This document shows, one piece after another, positions 1 to 9,953 of a stretch of 17,637 bases of DNA (position 1 is the stretch's first letter; each line of letters starts with the position of its first letter). Source of the DNA: Gemmatimonadota bacterium. GTDB lineage: Bacteria > Latescibacterota > UBA2968 > UBA8231. A program made the position numbers and the translations under genes. The DNA lies in assembly GCA_038128265.1 (NCBI GenBank), contig JAYPJE010000075.1, forward strand, positions 1-17,637, in the 5' to 3' direction. The notes under the pieces are model-generated. The model did not search any database. It had not been told where the DNA came from and worked only from the letters and a program-made list of their open reading frames with translations.

Positions 1-1
1 T

Positions 2-1939
<1,938 letters not shown>

Positions 1940-1963
1940 TTAGAGCACCGCGCACGCGCGCAG

Positions 1964-2006
1964 AAGGGGTGGCCATCCGCACGGACGGCCACCCCTTTTT
2001 TATTTT
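1964..2006 (+). terminator. Rho-independent terminator after katG
   Basis: AAGGGGTGGCC (1964-1974) pairs perfectly with GGCCACCCCTT (1987-1997), with an inner TCCG/CGGA extension, followed by a T-rich tract (TTTTATTTT). Confidence 0.9.
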
Positions 2007-2020
2007 ACCGCTGCACTGCT

Positions 2021-2050
2021 TTGACCGACCCGTCGGTTGCCGCTTATAAT
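2021..2050 (+). promoter_or_regulatory. Sigma70-type promoter for the GT4 operon, with a palindrome in the spacer
   Basis: TTGACC (2021-2026), 18-nt spacer, perfect TATAAT (2045-2050), just after the katG terminator and about 60 nt before the GT4 start. Inverted repeat ACCGAC-CC-GTCGGT at 2024-2037. Confidence 0.7.
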
Positions 2051-2110
2051 TTGTCGAACGACCGCTGACCGAACCCATGCGCGCCGCACAGAGGATATAG
2101 ACGCAAACCA

Positions 2111-3217
2111 TTGTCCGCCCATCGCCGCACACGCATACTCTTTCTCGCACGCCGCTACCCGCCCAGTATTGGCGGCATCGAAACGCACTGCTACGAGCTG
2201 TATACGCGCCTCGTCGAGCGCGCCGACGTGCGGCTGGTCGCCCTCGGACACCGCTCCCTGTTACATCTGGCCTGGTTTCTGCCCTACTGCCTGTGGACCA
2301 CCTTTTGGACGGTGCTCCTGCGTCGCGCCGATGTGATCTACTTTGCCGATGGCGTGGCCGGCTTTATCGCCCCCTTTGTCCGCCCGTTTGGGCCGGCGCG
2401 TTTTGTGATTACCATTTACGGCTTGGAAATGACGTACAAACACCCCGTCGCACGCGCCCTTATGCAGGCCGGGGCACGCGCCTGCGAAAAAGTGGTCGTC
2501 ATCAGCCAAAACACCTATCGCATCACCGCCGATGTCGGCGTCGACGAGGCCAAGCTCGAGACCATCTATCTGGGCGTTGAACCGCCGACCCTGCCCAGCG
2601 ACCAGCTGCGCGCGCTGCGCCAGCGCTTTGCAGAACAGCACGCCATCCGTTTTGGGCAGGATCGCCTGCTCTTTATGTTTGGACGCCAGGTGCGCCGCAA
2701 GGGCATGGCCGATTTTATCGAACGGGGCATGCCTATGCTCGCTGACGATATCAAGCTCATTGTCGGCGGTCAGGGTCCCGAGGCCGAGCGCATTGCTGCG
2801 GCGCGCAGCGAGCTCGGTTTTGAAGAGCGCATCTTCGTGCTCGGACGCGTCCCCGACGACGAGCTAACCATGCTACGCTATAGCTGCGACCTGTTTATCA
2901 TGCCCAATATTCGCGTGCCCAACGACGTCGAGGGCTTTGGCCAGACCCAGCTCGAATGCATGCACGCCGGCATGCCGGTCGTCGCCTTTGCCGTCGATGC
3001 GCTTACCGAAAGCGTGCGCGAAGGAGGCTATCTCGTCGAACCGGACGACTATGCGGCATTCGCCGCACAAATAGACGCCTACTTTGCGCTCGATAGAGAG
3101 GATCGCGAGGCCGTGCGCCAATCCTGCCGCGCCTATGTCCGCGCCAACTACACCTGGGACGCCGCTGCCGACCAGTACATGCATGTCTTTGAAGGGAGAT
3201 CGCCCCATGCGCATTGA
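2111..3217 (+). CDS. Glycosyltransferase family 4 (GT-B, PimA/PimB-like)
   Basis: N-terminal ILFLARRYPPSIGGIE, GRQVRRKG and the E-x7-E motif EGFGQTQLE; C-terminal YTWD. The TTG start is uncertain. Confidence 0.9.
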   Translation: MSAHRRTRILFLARRYPPSIGGIETHCYELYTRLVERADVRLVALGHRSLLHLAWFLPYCLWTTFWTVLLRRADVIYFADGVAGFIAPFVRPFGPARFVITIYGLEMTYKHPVARALMQAGARACEKVVVISQNTYRITADVGVDEAKLETIYLGVEPPTLPSDQLRALRQRFAEQHAIRFGQDRLLFMFGRQVRRKGMADFIERGMPMLADDIKLIVGGQGPEAERIAAARSELGFEERIFVLGRVPDDELTMLRYSCDLFIMPNIRVPNDVEGFGQTQLECMHAGMPVVAFAVDALTESVREGGYLVEPDDYAAFAAQIDAYFALDREDREAVRQSCRAYVRANYTWDAAADQYMHVFEGRSPHAH

Positions 3218-4256
3218 AGAACTCGATACGCCGGCTCTATGCGTCGATCTGGACGTGTTAGAGAACAATATATCCGACCTACAGAGCGCCTGCGACGCGC
3301 TGGACATTCCCCTGCGCGTTCACACCAAAACGCACAAGACGCCGGCCATCGCCCACATGCAAATTCAAGCCGGTGCCATTGGCATCGTCAGCCAAAAAAT
3401 TGGCGAGGCCGAAGCCATGGCCGCTGCGGGCATACCCGACATCCTCATTCCCTACAACATCGTTGGCAAGACCAAGCTACAGCGCCTGAGTTCGCTGGTG
3501 CGCGAAAGCGATTGCACCATTACCGTAGCAGCCGACTCTTCGACCACCGTCGAAGGCCTATCGGCTCAGGCCAGCGCCGACGACTGTACCTTTCGCGTAC
3601 TGGTCGAAATGGACACCGGCGGCCACCGCTGCGGCACTCAGTCCCCGCAGGACACGCTCGCCCTGGCCCAGCAGATCGACGGATTACCCGGCCTCGAGTT
3701 TATGGGCGTGATGACCTATCCAAGCAGCGAACGCGTGCGTCCCATTCTCGAAGAGGTACGCGCGCGGATGGACAGCGCCGGCCTGCCGCTGCACATCATC
3801 AGCGGCGGCGGCACCGGTTCGCAGGAGATATCCAAGTCGCTGGGCTGCACCGAAACGCGCATCGGCTCGTATGCCTACGAAGGCATGACGCGCGTCGGCA
3901 AGCGCGATGACCTCGACCCACACCGCTGTCCGCTGCGCCTGCGCGTCACCGTCGTTAGCACGGCGCGTCCGGGACAGCTCATCGTCGACGCCGGGCAAAA
4001 GGCCTTTACCAGCTATCCGCCCACGCCTTACGGCTACTGCTTGGAAGACCCCGATATTTTCATCAAGGGCATGTCCGTCGAGCACGGACACGTGGACACC
4101 AGCGCATCATCCCATACATTTAACGTTGGCGAGCAGCTCTCTTTTATTCCTCTGCACGGCGGTATGACGACCAACCTGCACGATCGCCTATATGCCGTGC
4201 GCGGCGAGGAGGTCGTTGACGTGTGGGACGTAGCCGGGCGCGGAAAGAGTCAGTAA
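3207..4256 (+). CDS. Fold-type III PLP-dependent enzyme (D-threonine aldolase / DSD1 D-serine dehydratase-like)
   Basis: LDTPALCVDLD start, LRVHTKTHK (PLP lysine), VEMDTGGHRCG, SGGGT, DAGQKA, SVEHG. Start moved to ATG 3207 (RBS GGGAGA 3194-3199), overlapping the GT4 end by 11 nt; the ORF-track extension from 3084 does not look protein-like. Confidence 0.88.
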   Translation: MRIEELDTPALCVDLDVLENNISDLQSACDALDIPLRVHTKTHKTPAIAHMQIQAGAIGIVSQKIGEAEAMAAAGIPDILIPYNIVGKTKLQRLSSLVRESDCTITVAADSSTTVEGLSAQASADDCTFRVLVEMDTGGHRCGTQSPQDTLALAQQIDGLPGLEFMGVMTYPSSERVRPILEEVRARMDSAGLPLHIISGGGTGSQEISKSLGCTETRIGSYAYEGMTRVGKRDDLDPHRCPLRLRVTVVSTARPGQLIVDAGQKAFTSYPPTPYGYCLEDPDIFIKGMSVEHGHVDTSASSHTFNVGEQLSFIPLHGGMTTNLHDRLYAVRGEEVVDVWDVAGRGKSQ

Positions 4257-4280
4257 CACTCCATTTCAGCGAGGATCGTC

Positions 4281-5159
4281 ATGGAAATTCAACCGCAAGC
4301 ACAAATCTTTGATGCCGACGAGAGCAACTTCGAGGAGCTGATTATCCGCGGCTCCGAAGAACGCGTGATCGTCATCGATTTCTGGGCACCGTGGTGCGGC
4401 CCCTGTAAGACGCTGGGCCCCGTTATAGAAGAGGTGATTACTTCGCTCGGACCGGGCATCGCCTTGGCCAAAGTAAACGTCGATGAAAATCAGCAATTGG
4501 CTATGGCCTTTCGCGTGCAGGGCATACCGGCCGTCAAAGTGGTGTACCAAGGGAAGCTCGTGCATGAGTTCACTGGCGCGCTGCCCAAAGAGCAAATCGA
4601 AGCCATGCTGCGCCCGCTGGTGCCCGACGCGCCCGAACCCGATATCGAACCGGCCGAGCAAGCGGCCCAGCGCGCGGCCATGGGCGACTTGGACGGCGCA
4701 GCCATGATCTTTAAAAGCATCTTGGAAGAGAAGCCCGACGACGGCGATGCGTTGCTCGGACTGGCGCGCATCAGCCTGCAGCAGGGCCATATCGAGGGCG
4801 TGCACGAATTCGTCAACCTAATTGAACAGGGCACGCCGCAGTACCAGCAGGCCCAAGCGCTGTTAGCGCAGATCGAATTTGCACAAAAGTGCCATGCAGC
4901 CGGCGGCCATGCAGCTTGTGCACAGCGCGCCTTAGCCGCTCCCGAAGATCTGGAAGCGCGCTACCAGATGGCCTGCTGCCAGGCAGCCGAGGGCCAGTTT
5001 GAAGATGCGCTAGCCGCCTGGCTGAGCATCGTTGAGCGCAAACCCGACTTTGGGGAAGGCGCTGCCAAAGACGCCATGGTCGCCGTATTCCACCTACTCG
5101 GCCGCGAGAACGAGCTGGTATCCAACTACCAGCGGAAGCTCTACCAAACGCTTTACTAG
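4281..5159 (+). CDS. cnoX: Thioredoxin-TPR chaperedoxin CnoX/YbbN
   Basis: Thioredoxin domain IDFWAPWCGPCK with the GIP cis-Pro loop, then helical TPR-like repeats and the C-terminus YQRKLYQTLY typical of YbbN. RBS GAGGA upstream. Confidence 0.88.
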   Translation: MEIQPQAQIFDADESNFEELIIRGSEERVIVIDFWAPWCGPCKTLGPVIEEVITSLGPGIALAKVNVDENQQLAMAFRVQGIPAVKVVYQGKLVHEFTGALPKEQIEAMLRPLVPDAPEPDIEPAEQAAQRAAMGDLDGAAMIFKSILEEKPDDGDALLGLARISLQQGHIEGVHEFVNLIEQGTPQYQQAQALLAQIEFAQKCHAAGGHAACAQRALAAPEDLEARYQMACCQAAEGQFEDALAAWLSIVERKPDFGEGAAKDAMVAVFHLLGRENELVSNYQRKLYQTLY

Positions 5160-5164
5160 CATCC

Positions 5165-5204
5165 GTGCCGCGCGGTACCGCACCAGCCGCGCGGCACCTT
5201 TCCT
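5165..5204 (+). terminator. GC-rich hairpin after cnoX (possible weak terminator or mRNA-stabilising stem)
   Basis: GTGCCGCGCGG (5165-5175) pairs perfectly with CCGCGCGGCAC (5187-5197), 11-nt loop. Only a short CTTTCCT tail follows. Confidence 0.5.
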
Positions 5205-5350
5205 CGCACGGGCCGACTGTCAGCCGCCTGGCAATCTTCAGCGCACAGAGCGCCTACGCGTTGCCGACGGCGGTGGGCGCCGCCCATGTTACATCGGCTT
5301 TCGCCGCGTAAAACCCGCCTAGCGCAAGCGCAGACCAAGGAGAGATCGCC

Positions 5351-6412
5351 GTGAAAATAACCCACCTGCGCCGCGTTGGCGTGCGCGTGCCCTTCCTGCC
5401 TGGTATCCTGCCACCGCCCGACTACGAAGAACCCATGCCCGGCTATCCCCAGCCCCTCGGCGAGCGCCTGCAGGACGTGCTCTACGTGCAGACCGACACG
5501 GGGCTGAGCGGCGTTGGCATGAGCGGTCCCTATTTCGATCGACGCGACGAAACGCCGCCCGACCTGATCGGCAGGGACGTGCGCCAGTTCGAACCGCGCC
5601 AGCTGGGCGGCGGCGGCTGGCACATGGCGCTGCTCGACCTAATCGGCAAACACATCGGCTGGCCGCTGTGCCGCCTGTTCGGCGGCAAACTGCAGGATCG
5701 CGTGCTCGTCGACTATTGGATTTCGCGCATGGGCCCAGAAGATTCGGCCGACGCCGCCGGGCGCGCCGCTCAGCTGGGCTTTCACGGCATCAAGCTCAAG
5801 TGTAAATGGGAAGACAACAACATCGCTGAACGCGTGTGCGCCATACACGAGGCGGCACCCAACTTGCGCATCGTCATCGATCCCAACGAGCGTTTTTACA
5901 CGCTGGAAAACAGCCTACAGCTGGCGCGCCGCTTAGAGGCGGTCGACGGTTTAGACGTGCTCTTTGAAGACCCCTTTCCCAAGCGCGACCTGCGCGAGTA
6001 CAAAGCGCTCAGAGAGGCGACCTCCATTCCCATCGCCCCACACTTCCAAAACCCACGCCAGATTATTGAGGCCGTTCAGCTGGAGGCGATCGACGCTTTT
6101 AACGTGGCGCCATCTGACTGGGGATTCCTCGATATGGCGCGCATTGCCGGCGCAGCCGACATACCCGTTTGGCAGGCCTCTAACGTCGATTTGGGCCTGT
6201 TCGATGCCTTTCGCCTACACGCTTCGGCCGCTGCGCCCAACTGCACGCTGGGCAGCGATCTGTGCGGCAATTTCGTGCACGAACACAGCCTGCTCAACGA
6301 GCCGCTGGTCAAGGACGGCTACGCCATCGTGCCCGACAGGCCGGGGCTCGGCGTCGAGCTCGACTGGGAGGCCGTGGCGCACTACGCCGTTTTTTCGGAG
6401 GAGTGGAACTAA
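5351..6412 (+). CDS. Mandelate racemase/muconate lactonizing enzyme family protein (enolase superfamily)
   Basis: MKIT start, MALLDLIGK..GWPLCRLFGG, KxK motif (GIKLK), IDPNE, FEDP, C-terminal PDRPGLGVELD. GTG start with AAGGAG RBS. Confidence 0.9.
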   Translation: MKITHLRRVGVRVPFLPGILPPPDYEEPMPGYPQPLGERLQDVLYVQTDTGLSGVGMSGPYFDRRDETPPDLIGRDVRQFEPRQLGGGGWHMALLDLIGKHIGWPLCRLFGGKLQDRVLVDYWISRMGPEDSADAAGRAAQLGFHGIKLKCKWEDNNIAERVCAIHEAAPNLRIVIDPNERFYTLENSLQLARRLEAVDGLDVLFEDPFPKRDLREYKALREATSIPIAPHFQNPRQIIEAVQLEAIDAFNVAPSDWGFLDMARIAGAADIPVWQASNVDLGLFDAFRLHASAAAPNCTLGSDLCGNFVHEHSLLNEPLVKDGYAIVPDRPGLGVELDWEAVAHYAVFSEEWN

Positions 6413-7299
6413 TCGCGCGTTGCTACGAAGATCTTGGAGTCGGCCGCTCCGTAGTAGAGCAGCCAGCGGCCTGCGTGCCGGACAAGTCCTTCGACAAAAA
6501 CAACCTGATTCACCTGCCCTTCCCGCTCACCGGTCTCTTCCGGCTCTAGGAAAGGCGCGTCGAGGCGCTTGACGACCCTGCGCGGATCGTCCGCGTCAAA
6601 GACGGCAGCACCAACGGCGTAGCGCGTGTCTGGCCAGCGCGCCGCGTTGTACATCAGCAAAATGCCCTCTTCCGTCCACAGCGGCGGCGGTCCCGGCTCG
6701 ACCAAGCGCGAGTCGAACAGCCCCTCGCGCGGCGATAGCACCGGCTCGGAGTCCATTTCCCAGTGCAGCAGATCGGGCGAGCGCGCCAGCCACAGGTGCG
6801 TATCGCCAAAGTACATCAGATACTCACCGTTGACGGGCCGGTCGAGTATCGCACCCGACTTACTCCATTCGAGATCCGGAAAGAGCACGCCGTGCTTTTC
6901 CCATGTTACCAGATCGGGCGAGGAAGCCAAACACAGGCGCGCGTGCGTTCCATCGTATCCCGTGTAGGTTAGCCAATAGCGCCCCTCGACCTCGACCACG
7001 CGCGGATCTTCGCAGCCGCCGGGCAGCTCGTACTCTTCGCTCGGCTCGACAATCGGTTCAGCTCCCCGCGCAAAGTGCAGCCCGTCGTCGCTAGTGGCCA
7101 ATCCGATCCGGCTGGTGCCGTTCCACTGGCCCGCACCGGAAAAATCCTCGGCGCGGTAGAGCAGGTGCACCCGGCCATCGCGCACAACAGCCGCCGGATT
7201 AAACACGTCCTTGGCCTCCCAACTATCGCCCTGCGGGGCCATAATGGGATTGCCTTCCCAGCGCGCAAAGTGCAGTTCATCGATCCGCAGTCCCGTCAT
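6409..7299 (-). CDS. Glycoside hydrolase family 130 protein (beta-mannosidase/phosphorylase family)
   Basis: NPIMAP..WE..VFNPAA, LLYRA, SRIGLA.S.DG, GCEDPRV, LTYTGYDG, VVFVEG, LYYGAAD (five-bladed propeller GH130 signature). ATG 7299 is preferred over TTG 7317. The stop overlaps the convergent MR/MLE stop by 4 nt. Confidence 0.9.
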   Translation of the reverse strand: MTGLRIDELHFARWEGNPIMAPQGDSWEAKDVFNPAAVVRDGRVHLLYRAEDFSGAGQWNGTSRIGLATSDDGLHFARGAEPIVEPSEEYELPGGCEDPRVVEVEGRYWLTYTGYDGTHARLCLASSPDLVTWEKHGVLFPDLEWSKSGAILDRPVNGEYLMYFGDTHLWLARSPDLLHWEMDSEPVLSPREGLFDSRLVEPGPPPLWTEEGILLMYNAARWPDTRYAVGAAVFDADDPRRVVKRLDAPFLEPEETGEREGQVNQVVFVEGLVRHAGRWLLYYGAADSKIFVATRD

Positions 7300-7309
7300 A
7301 TCTGCGCTC

Positions 7310-8089
7310 TTAGGCAACTAGTGCGTCGGCGCCAAAGATCATCGGGAAGCGCGCTCCCGTACTGCGCGACCGCGTCGCCCCGTCCATATAGGCAATGCTA
7401 AAGGCGCGCCGCGACTGTCCGCTGGGGTTGATGCCGGAGCGGTGCAGCAGCAGGTTGTGCAGCAAGATCACCTCGCCGGGTGCCGCCTCTAAATCGACCA
7501 CCTGGTCTTCCGGCGCATAGCGCGCCAGCTCTTCGGCCGAGGGAAAGTGGCGCTCGGCAATCACGCCGTGCTTGTGGCTGCCCGGCACTACCTGCATACA
7601 GCCGTTTTCTCGGGTCGATGGGTCGAGCGCAGTCCACACGGTAATCGTTGGCGTCGTATCCACGCCCCAGCCCCAGCCCACATCCTGGTGCCAGGGCAGC
7701 TCGGTGCCGCGCTCGGCCGGTTTGTTCATAAACATGGCGCGAAAAATCGATACGCTCTCGCCGATATAGTGGTCGGTAATTTGGCGAAAGAACGGATGCT
7801 GCATATAGCGCAGAAAGAGCGGATCTTGCTCTAGGTCCATAATCTTGCGATAGCTCAACGTGGGCCCCTTATGACCCACTGTTTCCGGCGGCGTATGCCC
7901 GTACACGCCGTCCTCGCTATCCAGCTGGAAGCGCATATTGTCATAGGGCACTTCCCCCAGCATAATGGCATCGATGCGCGCCTGTAGCGCGCCCAGCTCA
8001 TCATCGTCCAGCACCTGGCCCAAATAGGCATAACCGCGCTCGTCAAACTGCGCGCGCTGCGCGTCGGTAAATAGTAGCTGCTCTGCCAT
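7310..8089 (-). CDS. Phytanoyl-CoA dioxygenase (PhyH) family Fe(II)/2-oxoglutarate oxygenase
   Basis: QFDERGY, PWHQD (HxD), VWTALD....NGCMQVVPGSHK, LLHRSGIN.S...RRA (distal His and 2OG-binding Arg). RBS GGAGGA upstream. Confidence 0.92.
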   Translation of the reverse strand: MAEQLLFTDAQRAQFDERGYAYLGQVLDDDELGALQARIDAIMLGEVPYDNMRFQLDSEDGVYGHTPPETVGHKGPTLSYRKIMDLEQDPLFLRYMQHPFFRQITDHYIGESVSIFRAMFMNKPAERGTELPWHQDVGWGWGVDTTPTITVWTALDPSTRENGCMQVVPGSHKHGVIAERHFPSAEELARYAPEDQVVDLEAAPGEVILLHNLLLHRSGINPSGQSRRAFSIAYMDGATRSRSTGARFPMIFGADALVA

Positions 8090-8129
8090 GTATATCCTCC
8101 ATTGAGACCAACGATCTGTCCACAGCGCT

Positions 8130-8198
8130 ATTGATTAACCAATGTGCTTACCGCTGTCAATTGCTCGTCTTGTCCGCATCGACCCGCTTTCTTAGCTT
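8130..8198. promoter_or_regulatory. Divergent promoter region between phyH-like and sulfatase genes, with an operator-like palindrome
   Basis: Minus strand: perfect TTGACA (8160-8155) with only a weak AT-rich -10 near 8138-8132. Plus strand: TTGTCC (8170-8175), 17 nt, TAGCTT (8193-8198). Near-palindrome ATTGATTAACCAAT at 8130-8143. Confidence 0.5.
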
Positions 8199-8240
8199 GC
8201 CGTCCCAGGTGAAACGCCCGATGCCAAGAGAGCAATAACG

Positions 8241-9605
8241 ATGCCCCCCAACAGCCATCCCAACGTCCTCGTGCTCATGTGCGACCAGATGCAGCACCAC
8301 CGCATGAGCTTCCTGGATCCGGTCGCCCATACGCCCTTTCTCAATGAACTAGCCGCCGAAAGCGTTCACTTCAGCAATGCCTATACCTGTCATGGCCAGT
8401 GCGTGCCGGCACGCGCCGCCTTTCAAACCGGCCTCTTTCCACACGAATGTGGCATTATGGCCATTTACGGCTTTCACGGACACGGAGCACGGCTGACGGC
8501 TAAGTACAAAACCCTGGGCCACTGCTTTGGAGAAGCCGGCTACGAGACGGCCTATTTCGGCAAGACCCACTTCGGGGTTCCGCTGGACGAGCTGGGCTAC
8601 GAAATCGGCGTCGAGCACCGCCCCATAGACGACGGCGAGGCTGAACGCTTAGGCACGCGCCACGTGCCCAAACCGCTGCGCCCGGACTACATGGCCTGTG
8701 ACCAAACCGTCGAGTTCCTGCGCACCTACCAGCCGGGCGACCGCCCCCTCTTTCTCACGTTCTCGACGAATTTGCCCCACCCTCCCTTTTTCACCGAGCC
8801 GCGCTGGAGCGAGCGCTTTTGCGCGCCCGCCCTCGATTTGCCGCACAGCTACTACGCCGAGACGTTTGCCGATAAACCCCCCTTCCAAAAGGAGCATGCG
8901 CTCGACGGCCATCACGGCGCGCACGATGAGCTAGCCCAGCGGCACGAGTTGGCTCAGTATTATACGATGATTGCCGAAATGGACAGCCATTTTGGCCGCA
9001 TCCGCGCCCAGTACAAACGGCTCGGCCTGTGGGATGACACCGTCGTGCTCTTTATAGCCGACCACGGCGATATGATGGGCGCGCACAGGATGCGCCTGAA
9101 GGGCACGCTGCCCTACGACGAATTGTACCGCATTCCCTGCATGCTCAAGCTGCCGCGCGGAACCGGCGTTGCACGCACGGCCGTCGACGATTTGGTCTCT
9201 TCCGTTCAAGCGCCGGCCACGCTGCTCAGGGCGGCCGGGCTCGACGTGCCCGCTCAGTTTCACAACGGCCACTTTTACGACGCGCTCTTCCGCACCGGTG
9301 CGCCCGACGACGAGCACATCTTCTTTGAGCACTACGCCGCCTACTGGGGCATTCATCCGTTTTACGCCGTGCGCGACCGTCGCTTCAAGTATATCCGCTA
9401 CTACGGCGACGATGCCTGCGAAGAGATGTATGATCTGCAGGCCGACCCGCACGAACTGCGCAATATCGCCGTCGATGCCCAGCACGCGGCACAGCGCACC
9501 GCACTGGCAGAGCGCGCCGACACCTGGTGGCAGCAGACAAACGGGCGCGACCTAGCCTACTACGAATCGGACTATTTCAAAGCCAACCAACACAACCGCG
9601 TGTAG
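8241..9605 (+). CDS. Cys-type formylglycine-dependent sulfatase (family S1), probably cytoplasmic
   Basis: PNVLVLMCDQ, C-x-P-x-R motif (CVPARAAFQTG), YFGKTH, PHPP, ADHGDMMG, EMYDLQADPHELRN. No signal peptide is apparent. Confidence 0.93.
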   Translation: MPPNSHPNVLVLMCDQMQHHRMSFLDPVAHTPFLNELAAESVHFSNAYTCHGQCVPARAAFQTGLFPHECGIMAIYGFHGHGARLTAKYKTLGHCFGEAGYETAYFGKTHFGVPLDELGYEIGVEHRPIDDGEAERLGTRHVPKPLRPDYMACDQTVEFLRTYQPGDRPLFLTFSTNLPHPPFFTEPRWSERFCAPALDLPHSYYAETFADKPPFQKEHALDGHHGAHDELAQRHELAQYYTMIAEMDSHFGRIRAQYKRLGLWDDTVVLFIADHGDMMGAHRMRLKGTLPYDELYRIPCMLKLPRGTGVARTAVDDLVSSVQAPATLLRAAGLDVPAQFHNGHFYDALFRTGAPDDEHIFFEHYAAYWGIHPFYAVRDRRFKYIRYYGDDACEEMYDLQADPHELRNIAVDAQHAAQRTALAERADTWWQQTNGRDLAYYESDYFKANQHNRV

Positions 9606-9626
9606 CGCGAAAGAAAGAGGAAAACC

Positions 9627-9953
9627 ATGCTCTACGAACTGCGCACCTACATCATTCCCAGCGGCCGCATGGACGACATTCTCAGTCGATTCGAAAACGT
9701 CACGATGCGCCTTTTCGAGAAGTACGCCATGGAAGTGGTCGGATTCTGGACCGTCAGCAAGCCCGAGGACAAATACGCGCTAGTCTATCTGATGCGCTAT
9801 AGCGACGAGGCGTCTATGGAAAAGTCCTGGGCCGATTTTCGTGCCGACGAAGAGTGGATAGAGACGCGCAAGCGCACCGAGGCGAACGGACCGATCGTCG
9901 AAGAAGTCATCTCAGAGCACCTCGTGCCGACCTCTTTCTCGCCCTTGCAATAG
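9627..9953 (+). CDS. NIPSNAP family protein
   Basis: MLYELRTY, VVGFW, LVYL, W..FRAD.EW, L.PT.FSPL (single NIPSNAP domain, 108 aa). RBS GAGG upstream. Confidence 0.88.
   Translation: MLYELRTYIIPSGRMDDILSRFENVTMRLFEKYAMEVVGFWTVSKPEDKYALVYLMRYSDEASMEKSWADFRADEEWIETRKRTEANGPIVEEVISEHLVPTSFSPLQ

Noticed and set aside
2077..2100. 7-codon upstream ORF (MRAAQRI) in the GT4 leader
   Set aside because: It has no RBS of its own, no regulatory codon run and no attenuator hairpin, so chance is the likely explanation.
3084..3206. ORF-track N-terminal extension of the PLP enzyme
   Set aside because: It lies inside the GT4 gene, while ATG 3207 has a good RBS and matches the family's usual start.
5229..5245. 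TGGCA as a possible sigma54 -24 box
   Set aside because: No TTGC -12 element at the required spacing.
6409..6412. 4-nt overlap of convergent stop codons (MR/MLE and GH130) with no terminator
   Set aside because: A common arrangement in compact bacterial genomes; not evidence of antisense regulation by itself.
8131..8144. TTGAT half-site as an FNR/CRP-type box
   Set aside because: The spacing does not fit TTGAT-N4-ATCAA; the palindrome centre is two bases shorter and fits a GntR-type box better.
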